This document shows positions 1-7,930 of a stretch of DNA of 30,588 nucleotides, piece by piece. Position 1 is the stretch's first letter. Each line of letters begins with the position of its first letter. Origin of the DNA: an uncultured Desulfurellales bacterium (GTDB taxonomy: Bacteria > Campylobacterota_A > Desulfurellia > Desulfurellales > Hippeaceae); contig CAZOGA010000003.1 in NCBI GenBank assembly GCA_964579095.1, forward strand, positions 1-30,588, in the 5' to 3' direction. The translations under genes and the position numbers were made by a program. Below the pieces are notes generated by a model. That model searched no databases and was not told the origin of the DNA. It saw only the letters and a list, made by a program, of their open reading frames with translations.

Positions 1-33
1 AAAGGTCGCGCAAGATTAAGTAATTAAAAAAAT

Positions 34-159
34 ATGAACAAAGAAATAAAAAATTTAATAACAAACTTAAATAAAGAAAAATATGTAAGCGGATACTCTA
101 AATACACAAAGGAAATAAAACAGGCAATTGAACAATTGAAAACTAAAAAAAATAAGTAG
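34..159 (+). CDS. small hypothetical protein (41 aa, MNKEIKNL...)
   Basis: Manually translated ATG34-TAG159; same MNKE start as neighbours; below ORF-track cutoff. Confidence 0.55.
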   Translation: MNKEIKNLITNLNKEKYVSGYSKYTKEIKQAIEQLKTKKNK

Positions 160-161
160 GG

Positions 162-401
162 ATGAAAAGGAAAATGACAAAAAGACAATTAGAAAAAAGG
201 AATATTCAATTTACAATTTGGGCAAAGGCTATTCAGGAAGAATTAAAACCAGATGAAGACGGAGAAGTTAGAGCAATTACCGCTATTATTCCAAGTTTTA
301 CAAGTTTGCATTATGCCTCCGAAATTAAAGTATTTATGAAATGGTGCGAGGAGAATAATTATAATAAATTAGTAAAAGAATGGGAAAAGTGGAATCAATA
401 A
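162..401 (+). CDS. hypothetical early protein
   Basis: 79-aa ORF in tightly packed plus-strand array. Confidence 0.7.
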   Translation: MKRKMTKRQLEKRNIQFTIWAKAIQEELKPDEDGEVRAITAIIPSFTSLHYASEIKVFMKWCEENNYNKLVKEWEKWNQ

Positions 402-414
402 AATAATAAAATTT

Positions 415-714
415 ATGAATAAAGAAAAAGAGTTTGAAAAATATTCAACAGAAGAATGCAAAATTAAAAAAATAAATTATCAGCGAAATGGAGTAGGTGG
501 TGAAGGATTTTGGTCAATAGAATTTATTACCAAAGAAAATAAAAAAAGATTGATTGGAATAATAAACGCCGAAGATTTGAGAAAGGAAGATGGCAATACT
601 AGATTTTATGTTGTAAATCCTAAAAATATATTTCAAGGCTGGCGAGGCGATAATTTTGGGGTATATCTTGTCCCTATTATCAAGAAATATGAAAAAGATT
701 GGTTAAAGAATTAA
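415..714 (+). CDS. hypothetical early protein
   Basis: 99-aa ORF, AT-rich leader, MNKEKE start. Confidence 0.75.
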   Translation: MNKEKEFEKYSTEECKIKKINYQRNGVGGEGFWSIEFITKENKKRLIGIINAEDLRKEDGNTRFYVVNPKNIFQGWRGDNFGVYLVPIIKKYEKDWLKN

Positions 715-733
715 AAAACTAATTTAGAATAAA

Positions 734-919
734 ATGAATAAAGAAGAATTAAAAGAAAATATAGAAAAAATATATAATACTCTTCTAAATGTAGACACTG
801 ATTTAGCTTTTTTAGAGCTTACAGTAATAGAACAAGTAGTCAATTTAAGTGGTAAAGCAAGAAATAATTTAGAAAAAGTGATAAAAGATATTGAGAAACT
901 TAAAAAAATAACTGAATAA
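734..919 (+). CDS. hypothetical helical protein
   Basis: 61-aa ORF flanked by 19-bp direct repeat. Confidence 0.7.
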   Translation: MNKEELKENIEKIYNTLLNVDTDLAFLELTVIEQVVNLSGKARNNLEKVIKDIEKLKKITE

Positions 920-920
920 A

Positions 921-1124
921 ATGAATAAAGAAAGAGAAATGAAAATCCCATTCAAAAAAGAATACATAGAAACATCCGCCGCCAGACTTGATACTAAATT
1001 GATTGGAGTCTTTTCTAAGGACAGCACTGCAGTAATAAATAAAAAACTTAACGCAATTGAAAAAGAATTGAAGAACGCTTGGATTAAAGGTTATAAAAAA
1101 GGGTTAATAGATAAAGCAATATGA
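921..1124 (+). CDS. hypothetical protein
   Basis: 67-aa ORF; ATGA coupling to next gene. Confidence 0.7.
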   Translation: MNKEREMKIPFKKEYIETSAARLDTKLIGVFSKDSTAVINKKLNAIEKELKNAWIKGYKKGLIDKAI

Positions 1125-1378
1125 TTGCCTATACTCCATTGCCTCCTAACTTCGGTGAAGGGCTCAGGGCTACCTACAAGGGCGTGGTGGCTACGATATA
1201 CGAATATCCCACCCACGCACTTATTTATACCATAGAGAGCAAGCACGAGGGCAAGGGACAGGTTAGGAGATTCCTAGAGCTACTTAGAGAGAAATACCCA
1301 GAGATAAGGTCGTCCGTTCCGTTGAGCGAACGCTGGGAGAAAATAACTAAACTAAATAAAATTAAAATAGTGGAATGA
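1121..1378 (+). CDS. GNAT-like acetyltransferase, minimal
   Basis: IYTIESKHEGKGQVRRFLELL resembles the GNAT acetyl-CoA-binding motif A; about 51% GC over 1141-1320 (hand count). Confidence 0.5.
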   Translation: MIAYTPLPPNFGEGLRATYKGVVATIYEYPTHALIYTIESKHEGKGQVRRFLELLREKYPEIRSSVPLSERWEKITKLNKIKIVE

Positions 1379-1665
1379 AAAAAGAGAATAAATTACTTAA
1401 AACTATTCGTCAGAATGATGAGAGGTTTGATGAAAAAATAGAAAATGAATTTTTGTATCTTAAAAAGTCTGATAATAGTTATCATTTGGCGGCGAAAACC
1501 GTAGCAAAAGAAGAAGGAAAGATATATTTCACCCAATCCCGAATAAAAGAGCTGGAAGCGTTGGTAGAAATGATGAAAGAATATCCTATCAAGGATAGTC
1601 AGATAGGAGCATTTTATGACATTATCAGAATTTTAAAAAACACAATCAAAGAATTAAAAAACTAA
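1375..1665 (+). CDS. hypothetical protein
   Basis: 96-aa ORF, ATGA-coupled. Confidence 0.7.
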   Translation: MKKENKLLKTIRQNDERFDEKIENEFLYLKKSDNSYHLAAKTVAKEEGKIYFTQSRIKELEALVEMMKEYPIKDSQIGAFYDIIRILKNTIKELKN

Positions 1666-1668
1666 CTT

Positions 1669-2019
1669 ATGAAAATGACAAAAGAAAATAAATGTATCAG
1701 CTTACCTCTAGCAAAAGAACTCCAACAAGTGGCAGAGGAGAAAGGATTTAGATTGCCAGAGAGTGAACTTGTTTATATCAATGAAACATTAAGATTTCAC
1801 AGACAAGATAATTTATATAATCCTATTCCTGCCTATGATACAGCAGAATTAGGAGAGATATTGAAAGAATATGATTTAGAATGTATCTGGTTTGAAGAGA
1901 AGAATAAATTTGGAGCATTTCAAACTTGTAGTAGCGTTAAACCACAATATGCAGATACGGAAGCCGATGCCCGCGGCAAACTTCTTGTGTTTTTAATTAA
2001 GAATAATTTAATAAAATGA
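1669..2019 (+). CDS. hypothetical phage protein (alternative start 1675)
   Basis: 116-aa ORF; MTKENK junction motif at 1675. Confidence 0.75.
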   Translation: MKMTKENKCISLPLAKELQQVAEEKGFRLPESELVYINETLRFHRQDNLYNPIPAYDTAELGEILKEYDLECIWFEEKNKFGAFQTCSSVKPQYADTEADARGKLLVFLIKNNLIK

Positions 2020-2210
2020 CAAAAGAACAAGAAATTAGAGAAGTAATAAAAAGAGAACGAGATAGAATACAATTAGATTTAGAAGAATATATGCAAGGAA
2101 CTTTTTTAGAACAAGATAGTATTTATGTTGATTTACACGATATTATAAATAATAACAATAATAACTATGAACAAAGAAAAAGATTTGAAAGAAAATTTGG
2201 AAGAGTTTAA
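2016..2210 (+). CDS. hypothetical protein
   Basis: 64-aa ORF, ATGA-coupled; overlaps next ORF by 44 nt. Confidence 0.6.
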   Translation: MTKEQEIREVIKRERDRIQLDLEEYMQGTFLEQDSIYVDLHDIINNNNNNYEQRKRFERKFGRV

Positions 2211-2412
2211 AAAATTAGTGATGAATACTCGGGCTTTTTGGTTGCCTCCCGAAAAAAATGGAGGATGGGGAGAAGTAATGTTTGAGCGAAGAGAAGCCAA
2301 TAAAAAAGGTATTGTTGCAAAGAATCACCAATTTACCCAGACACTATTTTTAGAAAAACTATTAGAAAAATTATATGGGTTCAAATCTCATTCCCGCCCA
2401 ATAAAAATGTAA
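2167..2412 (+). CDS. hypothetical protein
   Basis: 81-aa ORF, MNKEKD start. Confidence 0.65.
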   Translation: MNKEKDLKENLEEFKKLVMNTRAFWLPPEKNGGWGEVMFERREANKKGIVAKNHQFTQTLFLEKLLEKLYGFKSHSRPIKM

Positions 2413-2431
2413 ACAAACTTAAAATAATAAA

Positions 2432-2626
2432 ATGACAAAAGAAAATAAAACAATAAAAGAAATATATAAATGCAAAAATTGTTCAGGTGATTTAAAATAT
2501 ATCAGAGGATTAGGATGGTGTCATATTGTTGCTACAGGTTGTGTTAATCCGCAAGTAAATAAGGAAGATTGGAAATGTTATTTAAAAAATAATAAAACTA
2601 AAATTGCCAAACAATTAAAAAAATAA
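2432..2626 (+). CDS. small Cys-rich, putative zinc-binding protein
   Basis: CKNC ... WCH ... C motifs. Confidence 0.6.
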   Translation: MTKENKTIKEIYKCKNCSGDLKYIRGLGWCHIVATGCVNPQVNKEDWKCYLKNNKTKIAKQLKK

Positions 2627-2700
2627 CTTAATAAAGATGTAAACAAACTCTATTGTTTGTAGACAAGAAGATAAAGATATAAACAAACTTTTAAAATAAA

Positions 2701-3129
2701 ATGACAAAAGAAAATGAAACCATAAAAAAAATACAAGAGTTAGTGCCTTCAATAATGGAGTTGAAATTTGGGTGTAAGGTTGTTGATGAGGAATACGGAA
2801 GAAAACATATTTATTATTTTGGAAGTGAGAATAAAGATTTTGTTTATTTGCATAAAGATAGTAAAGAAAGACAAGAATGGAAAAATAAATTTAAAGATAA
2901 TTTTAAAATACTCGGCAGACCAATTTCTCTGGAAGATATTTTAATTGCCTTAGAGAAAAAAGGAATCCCAATGAGGATTGATACAGAAGGGGAATTTCTT
3001 AAATACAAGAAAACCGATGATGATATAGGTTATAACTGGATAGAAACAGATATTTTCTGGCAACTAAACAAGCCCTTTCACGAGCAGAGCCAAAATACTA
3101 AGGACTTCATTGGAGATTTAATTAAATAG
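2701..3129 (+). CDS. hypothetical phage protein
   Basis: 142-aa ORF with typical codon usage. Confidence 0.8.
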   Translation: MTKENETIKKIQELVPSIMELKFGCKVVDEEYGRKHIYYFGSENKDFVYLHKDSKERQEWKNKFKDNFKILGRPISLEDILIALEKKGIPMRIDTEGEFLKYKKTDDDIGYNWIETDIFWQLNKPFHEQSQNTKDFIGDLIK

Positions 3130-3136
3130 GTAAATT

Positions 3137-3292
3137 ATGAAAAAAGAAAAAATAAAAATACCTAAAACAGCAAAAGAGCTAAGAAATTTAATTATTTGGG
3201 CTAAATCTGAAATAGATGAATATCAGGATTTTATTAAATTATGTGAAAAGCAAATAAAATTATTGAGAGAAAACAAAAAAAATAAACTATGA
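3137..3292 (+). CDS. small hypothetical protein (51 aa)
   Basis: Manually translated MKKEKIKIPK...; ATGA-coupled to next ORF. Confidence 0.6.
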   Translation: MKKEKIKIPKTAKELRNLIIWAKSEIDEYQDFIKLCEKQIKLLRENKKNKL

Positions 3293-3453
3293 AAAAGAAA
3301 ACTTGGGAAGAGATAAAAAAGGAAATACTCCGTAAAGACCACGCTAGGATAATCCGCTGGGCAGAGGAATATATAGAGAGGGATAAAAGAATCTGTGGCA
3401 CGGACAAACACGGAATAGCGCTGGCAGATTTGATTAGAGAGATAAACAAATGA
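3289..3453 (+). CDS. small hypothetical protein (54 aa)
   Basis: Manually translated MKKKTWEEIK...; ATGA coupling at both ends. Confidence 0.6.
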   Translation: MKKKTWEEIKKEILRKDHARIIRWAEEYIERDKRICGTDKHGIALADLIREINK

Positions 3454-3629
3454 AATTACAAAATAAATATATCTTAATAGGAATACTTCTTTTTCCTTTT
3501 ATATTGGGAATGTATATTGGAGAGATATTATCAAGAGTAGGAGAATGGATATATAAAGTGTCGGAGAAATACTTTGATAAATATGGAGAAAAAATTGTTG
3601 AGAAATTAAATTTAGAAGAAAAAGAATGA
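3450..3629 (+). CDS. small membrane protein (59 aa)
   Basis: Manually translated; hydrophobic YILIGILLFPFILGMYIG. Confidence 0.55.
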   Translation: MKLQNKYILIGILLFPFILGMYIGEILSRVGEWIYKVSEKYFDKYGEKIVEKLNLEEKE

Positions 3630-3702
3630 TTGATGATAAGATTGATAATTTCTTTAAGTATCTGATTAAGTTTTATCTATAAGGGGGTTGTGGAAAACTG
3701 AC

Positions 3703-3731
3703 TTGCAATGGTTTTAAAAATATATTAAGAT
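3703..3731 (+). promoter_or_regulatory. putative sigma70-type promoter
   Basis: TTGCAA-17-TAAGAT; ATG3741 lies about 3 nt after the expected +1, the same geometry as the 9019 promoter. Confidence 0.4.
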
Positions 3732-3740
3732 GATAATACA

Positions 3741-3908
3741 ATGAGAAAAGAAAAAATAAAACAATATAGGAATAAAGCAATAAATGATTTTTGGGACGAA
3801 CATAAAGCAGACTGGGAAATGAAAGATGTTGCTTATTTATTTAATTTGAGTTTGCCACAAATTTACAGAATATTAAAAGAGAAAAAACAAAGGTCGGAAA
3901 TAAAATAA
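3741..3908 (+). CDS. small helix-turn-helix DNA-binding protein (55 aa)
   Basis: Manually translated; MKDVAYLFNLSLPQIYRIL fits an HTH pattern. Confidence 0.65.
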   Translation: MRKEKIKQYRNKAINDFWDEHKADWEMKDVAYLFNLSLPQIYRILKEKKQRSEIK

Positions 3909-4113
3909 AATAAACTTATGAAAACTTTAATTCAAGCATTTATATACGAAGAAAAAACACAACAAGATTGCAATCATCCTAGAAAATATCAAAAGATGTT
4001 TAATTATGAAGGAGAATATCCCGCAGGAGGTGTCCGTTGCATGAAATGCGGGAAGATAATTAAACTTGTTGCTACTAATCAAGAATTAAACAAAGGTCGG
4101 AAATAAAATAAAA
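3885..4113 (+). repeat. 26-bp perfect direct repeat (3885-3910, 4088-4113) flanking ORF 3918-4106
   Basis: aaacaaaggtcggaaataaaataaaa twice, 203 bp apart. Confidence 0.9.
3918..4106 (+). CDS. small putative zinc-binding protein
   Basis: CNH ... CMKC motifs. Confidence 0.6.
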   Translation: MKTLIQAFIYEEKTQQDCNHPRKYQKMFNYEGEYPAGGVRCMKCGKIIKLVATNQELNKGRK

Positions 4114-4140
4114 AAAGCAATTAAAAATCTTTAATAAAAA

Positions 4141-4479
4141 ATGAAAAGATTATTAGAAGACCTTCAGAAAAGTAAAATTGTAAAAGTTACAGGAAGTTAT
4201 GCAGATGGCACTCAAAATGATTTTTCAGATATTGATTTTTATGTAAAACCAGACCATCCAGAATGTGAATTTCGTGGAGATAAAAGGAATATAGTAAAGA
4301 TTATAGATATATTAAACAGATATAATATAAAATGGCATTCTCAGGCACCTCTTACAATTTCTACTATAGGGTGTAAAAACAATATTGAAAAAGAACTTGA
4401 ATTTTCAGAACTTTATAAGAAAAGATTGAATAAATTAAAAGAAATAACTATAGAAGGAGTAAATTTCAAAACTTATTAA
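4141..4479 (+). CDS. minimal nucleotidyltransferase (Pol beta superfamily)
   Basis: GSYADG-x5-SDIDFYV matches the GS...DxD signature. Confidence 0.8.
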   Translation: MKRLLEDLQKSKIVKVTGSYADGTQNDFSDIDFYVKPDHPECEFRGDKRNIVKIIDILNRYNIKWHSQAPLTISTIGCKNNIEKELEFSELYKKRLNKLKEITIEGVNFKTY

Positions 4480-4498
4480 AGATTCAAAAAATAAACTT

Positions 4499-4660
4499 AT
4501 GAAAACATTAGAAGAAGTTAATTATATATGTCCTATCTGTGGAAGAGATTTAGCGGAAGACCCAGAAGATTGGATGGAAGAAATGGAGGCTTGTGTTGAA
4601 TGCGTAGCAGAGGGGCGATGTCCCCTCGAAAAGTATAATAAAATAAAAAATAACTTATGA
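4499..4660 (+). CDS. small zinc-finger protein (53 aa)
   Basis: Manually translated; CPIC ... CVEC. Confidence 0.6.
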   Translation: MKTLEEVNYICPICGRDLAEDPEDWMEEMEACVECVAEGRCPLEKYNKIKNNL

Positions 4661-5139
4661 AAAAGAAAATAAATAAAATTACACGCTCAATCAAAAGAAT
4701 ATTCACCGCAGTAATCTTAATAATCACCTTCGCGCTAACAATTTACCTTTATACATCCGAGAACATCGGACAGGCACAGGATGAGGAGATAGGGAGGCTT
4801 AATGCGGTAGTGGCAGAATATAAGACCAATGCAACAGAAGAAAACAAAAGCAACATACAAACTATTATTGATATCTGTGAGGAGGAAGGAGTTGACCCAG
4901 ATTTAGCTTTAAGCGTGTCCGCCTATGAATCACATCTTCAGCAGTATTTTATAGGCATTAACGACAACAAAACAGTAGACAGGGGAATCTTCGCCCTGAA
5001 CAGTTATTATTACGCCAGTGTATCAGATGAATGTGCGTTTTCTGTCCCGTGTGCTACTAGAGTATTTTGTCAGGAAGTGCTAGACGGAAATATAAATAAT
5101 TGGCTTTCAGTTAAAACGCTGGGGCTTGTTAAAAAATAA
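4657..5139 (+). CDS. membrane-anchored lytic transglycosylase-like (SLT) protein
   Basis: N-terminal TM (IFTAVILIITFALTIYLY); GVDPDLALSVSAYES with catalytic Glu; DRGIFALN motif. Confidence 0.7.
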   Translation: MKKKINKITRSIKRIFTAVILIITFALTIYLYTSENIGQAQDEEIGRLNAVVAEYKTNATEENKSNIQTIIDICEEEGVDPDLALSVSAYESHLQQYFIGINDNKTVDRGIFALNSYYYASVSDECAFSVPCATRVFCQEVLDGNINNWLSVKTLGLVKK

Positions 5140-5150
5140 CTTAAAAAAAT

Positions 5151-5291
5151 ATGACATTAAGAGAAGAAATCCAAAAAGCAACACAACAACGCCACAATGA
5201 GAGATTTTGGGATAATGTAATATTAGACACTTGCATTTTCGTCACAGCTATCTTAGCAGTTCTAACAATTTACATTCTGATATATGGATAG
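5151..5291 (+). CDS. small membrane protein (46 aa)
   Basis: Manually translated; C-terminal hydrophobic CIFVTAILAVLTIYILIYG. Confidence 0.55.
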   Translation: MTLREEIQKATQQRHNERFWDNVILDTCIFVTAILAVLTIYILIYG

Positions 5292-5448
5292 AGAAAAAAT
5301 CAAAAAAGTAATAATCCACGAAGTTAAATATTATATTTGGGATTGTCCTAAATGTGGATGTGAGAATAATAATGATATAGAAATATTTAAAAAAGTAGGA
5401 TGCAAATATTGTGGTGAAATATTTGAAGTTGAAGAAATAGAAAAATAA
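5284..5448 (+). CDS. zinc-ribbon protein (54 aa)
   Basis: Manually translated; CPKC ... CKYC. Confidence 0.6.
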   Translation: MDREKIKKVIIHEVKYYIWDCPKCGCENNNDIEIFKKVGCKYCGEIFEVEEIEK

Positions 5449-5457
5449 AAACTTATT

Positions 5458-5568
5458 ATGGAAATTGATATAAAAGAAGAAGCAGAAGAACTAGAGGACG
5501 AATATCAAGCTGAATGCGCTGAACGAGATAAGGACGATGAATACGAAAGGTCGCGCGGAGTCCAATGA
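5458..5568 (+). CDS. highly acidic peptide (36 aa)
   Basis: Manually translated MEIDIKEEAEELEDEYQAECAERDKDDEYERSRGVQ; 16 of 36 residues D/E. Confidence 0.5.
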   Translation: MEIDIKEEAEELEDEYQAECAERDKDDEYERSRGVQ

Positions 5569-5600
5569 AAAAAATAAATAAAATATTAAATAAAAAATAT

Positions 5601-6404
5601 ATGCAGATTCAAAATACAAGAGATTATCAAAATGTTCCTAATATAAATATGCTTATTTATGGCAGGGGCGGAGTAGGAAAATCTACTTTCGGCGCCACTT
5701 TTCCAAAGCCTTTATTTTTAGATTTTGAAAATGGCGTTAAATACTTTAAGCAAAGAGGCATTGAAGTGCCAGTGGTTCAATTTCAAAACTTTCCTACAAA
5801 GAAGGAGCAAGCGGAAATTATCGCTTATGTGTCTAAAGGATTTGATACGGTAATCGTTGATCCGATTGGGGAAGCAATGGAAAGATTGATTAAGGATAGA
5901 GAACTTATCTCTGGTTCTAAAAATAGACAGCAAGACGGATCGCTAACTATGGCAGGTTGGGGAAAGGTCAAAGACGAAATGCGCACTTTCTTAAAAGCTT
6001 TAAGAAATACGGGAAAGAATCTTGTTATTATAGCGCATACAACAGAAATACAAGATAGCGAAGTTTTAAAGGTAAGACCATTACTAGCAACAAAATTGAT
6101 AGATGAGCTTATTGCAATGGTAGATATTGTAGGCTATTTAGATGTAATAAAAGTCAGTAAAGACGAAGAGAAACGAATCATAAGAGTAAATCCTGCAGAC
6201 GAGAGATTTGATGCTAAAGATAGAACTGGAGCGCTACCAGATATTATAAAACCTGATTATAAATGGATTATTGATTGTATTACTAAGAAGCAAGTAAAAC
6301 CATTGAAACAACAAACACTAGAACCGCCAGTAGAAACAGAGAATATTCCTGTTATAGAAGAAGAAGGGAGTTTAGAAAAATATACTAACCCTTTTCCACA
6401 ATAA
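5601..6404 (+). CDS. AAA_24/Sak4-like ATPase (phage recombination); alternative start 5565
   Basis: Walker A LIYGRGGVGKST, FLDFENG, Walker B VIVDP, AKDR motif; next to nuclease and SSB. Confidence 0.8.
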   Translation: MQIQNTRDYQNVPNINMLIYGRGGVGKSTFGATFPKPLFLDFENGVKYFKQRGIEVPVVQFQNFPTKKEQAEIIAYVSKGFDTVIVDPIGEAMERLIKDRELISGSKNRQQDGSLTMAGWGKVKDEMRTFLKALRNTGKNLVIIAHTTEIQDSEVLKVRPLLATKLIDELIAMVDIVGYLDVIKVSKDEEKRIIRVNPADERFDAKDRTGALPDIIKPDYKWIIDCITKKQVKPLKQQTLEPPVETENIPVIEEEGSLEKYTNPFPQ

Positions 6405-6405
6405 T

Positions 6406-7290
6406 ATGACAGAAATAAAAAGAGAAATACATAAATTATATGGGGGGAAAGTTGAGATAGAATTTTTGCCAAAAAATCACGCTTATTACTTGATAAAAGA
6501 CGGTAAGAAATTATCAAAAAAGAAGCGATTGACAGGATCAACAACCTTTACTGGTCAGATAGATAAAAGCGCACCTCTTATTATCTGGGCAACACGGCTC
6601 TACACTGCGAAAGTAAGAGAAATTATGGGAGATTTAACATCTATTTTTACGGCTACTGATGTTCTTTCAATGCTTGCCCTAGGAGAATCCGCGCATAAAG
6701 AGAAAAAAGAACAGGCGGCGAGTATAGGAGATTATGTTCACGAGTTCGCTGAACAATACAGCAAAGATAGAAACGAAAGAAAAGCTTATGACAGAGTTAT
6801 TGAAGAATTGGGAACGCCTACAAGTGATATGGCAAAACAAATCAATGTAGGATGTGTAGGTTTTATTGATTGGCTTAAAAAGGAAAAAGTTAAGATCCTT
6901 AGTGCGGAAAAAATTGTCTATTCTAGGAAGATTGGTTTTGTAGGGACTTATGACGCTATTGTAGAGATTGCTAAAAAAAGATATTTAACTGACTGGAAAA
7001 CTGCAAAAGCTATATATAGCCCATACTGCTATCAATCCGCCTCTTATTTTAAGGCTTACGAAGAAGAACACCCGAAAGAAAAGTTAGACGGAACAATGAT
7101 TGTTAGTATAGCAAAGGAAGATATTTTAGATAAAGAAAAGAATATAATCAGAAAAGCAGGATCTATTGTTTCTCTAATAAGAAGCAGGGTAGATGTTTTA
7201 AAAGATTATGTAGCTTTTAAGGCATTAACAGTTTTAAAAACTAGAGAAAAAGAAGTTAATAAACAGCTAAATAATAGATACTATGTATAA
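6406..7290 (+). CDS. PD-(D/E)XK exonuclease (Cas4/YqaJ-like)
   Basis: E...GTYD...DWKT...YQSASY signature. Confidence 0.8.
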   Translation: MTEIKREIHKLYGGKVEIEFLPKNHAYYLIKDGKKLSKKKRLTGSTTFTGQIDKSAPLIIWATRLYTAKVREIMGDLTSIFTATDVLSMLALGESAHKEKKEQAASIGDYVHEFAEQYSKDRNERKAYDRVIEELGTPTSDMAKQINVGCVGFIDWLKKEKVKILSAEKIVYSRKIGFVGTYDAIVEIAKKRYLTDWKTAKAIYSPYCYQSASYFKAYEEEHPKEKLDGTMIVSIAKEDILDKEKNIIRKAGSIVSLIRSRVDVLKDYVAFKALTVLKTREKEVNKQLNNRYYV

Positions 7291-7576
7291 AAAATTCAAT
7301 CTAGCAAAACCTAAAAAATACACAGATAAACGAACAGGAGAGGAAAAAACTTTTTGGCAAACAATAGGGACAATGACTGAATTTGAAAAAGAGGATGGCA
7401 AGGTATCTCGTATTTTAGAGATTCCTGCAATTGGACTTGAATGTAGTGTATTTCCAGCAGAACCGCGCGAACCGCGCGGAGAACAAAGCGGACAAGGCGG
7501 ATACAGCAAGCCAGCAGTTCATAGTGAGATTGAAGGTGCAGCAGATGAGATAAATGTAAAAGATATACCCTTTTAA
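7283..7576 (+). CDS. SSB-like protein
   Basis: Beta-rich N-terminus, G/Q/S-rich linker, C-terminal DIPF tail; position in module. Confidence 0.6.
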   Translation: MYKKFNLAKPKKYTDKRTGEEKTFWQTIGTMTEFEKEDGKVSRILEIPAIGLECSVFPAEPREPRGEQSGQGGYSKPAVHSEIEGAADEINVKDIPF

Positions 7577-7577
7577 T

Positions 7578-7928
7578 ATGGAAATAGTAACAATAAACAC
7601 AATTACGGAATATCTAAAAAAGCAGGTAGAAGAACATATCCCGATTGCCCCAAGTCTTTGGATAGACTCTGCCCAAAAAATAAATGTTTTGTTAGGAGAT
7701 GAACACGATAAGCTCTTTGAGATTCAGCAGAAAGTTGCTAAAATAAAGGTAGGATATATTGAACAAGACAAAACAGTATCAGAGGCAAAAACAAGAGTAG
7801 AGGCTAGCGAAGAATACAAAGAATACCAGCTTCAAAAGGCAAAGATAGGCAGAATAGAAGAGTTTATCAGGTTAGCAAAAATACAAGCGAGGACTAGAAC
7901 GGAAGAAATGAAAGGATATAATTTATGA
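7578..7928 (+). CDS. coiled-coil protein, possible recombination accessory
   Basis: Helical 116-aa ORF after SSB; function inferred from position only. Confidence 0.45.
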   Translation: MEIVTINTITEYLKKQVEEHIPIAPSLWIDSAQKINVLLGDEHDKLFEIQQKVAKIKVGYIEQDKTVSEAKTRVEASEEYKEYQLQKAKIGRIEEFIRLAKIQARTRTEEMKGYNL

Positions 7929-7930
7929 CC

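Noticed and set aside
2148-2165. (AATAATAAC)2 microsatellite as a phase-variation locus
   Set aside because: The unit is in frame, short, and doubles as the AT-rich leader of the next gene.
3689-3697. DnaA box (tgtggaaaa)
   Set aside because: A single relaxed-consensus match with no cluster; likely by chance in AT-rich DNA.
1-4510. CRISPR array from the recurring early-region repeats
   Set aside because: The intervals are irregular and gene-sized, and the repeats overlap start or stop codons.
7460-7477. 9-bp tandem duplication gaaccgcgc (EPR-EPR)
   Set aside because: In-frame duplication in a disordered SSB linker; relevant only as two CGCGCG sites.
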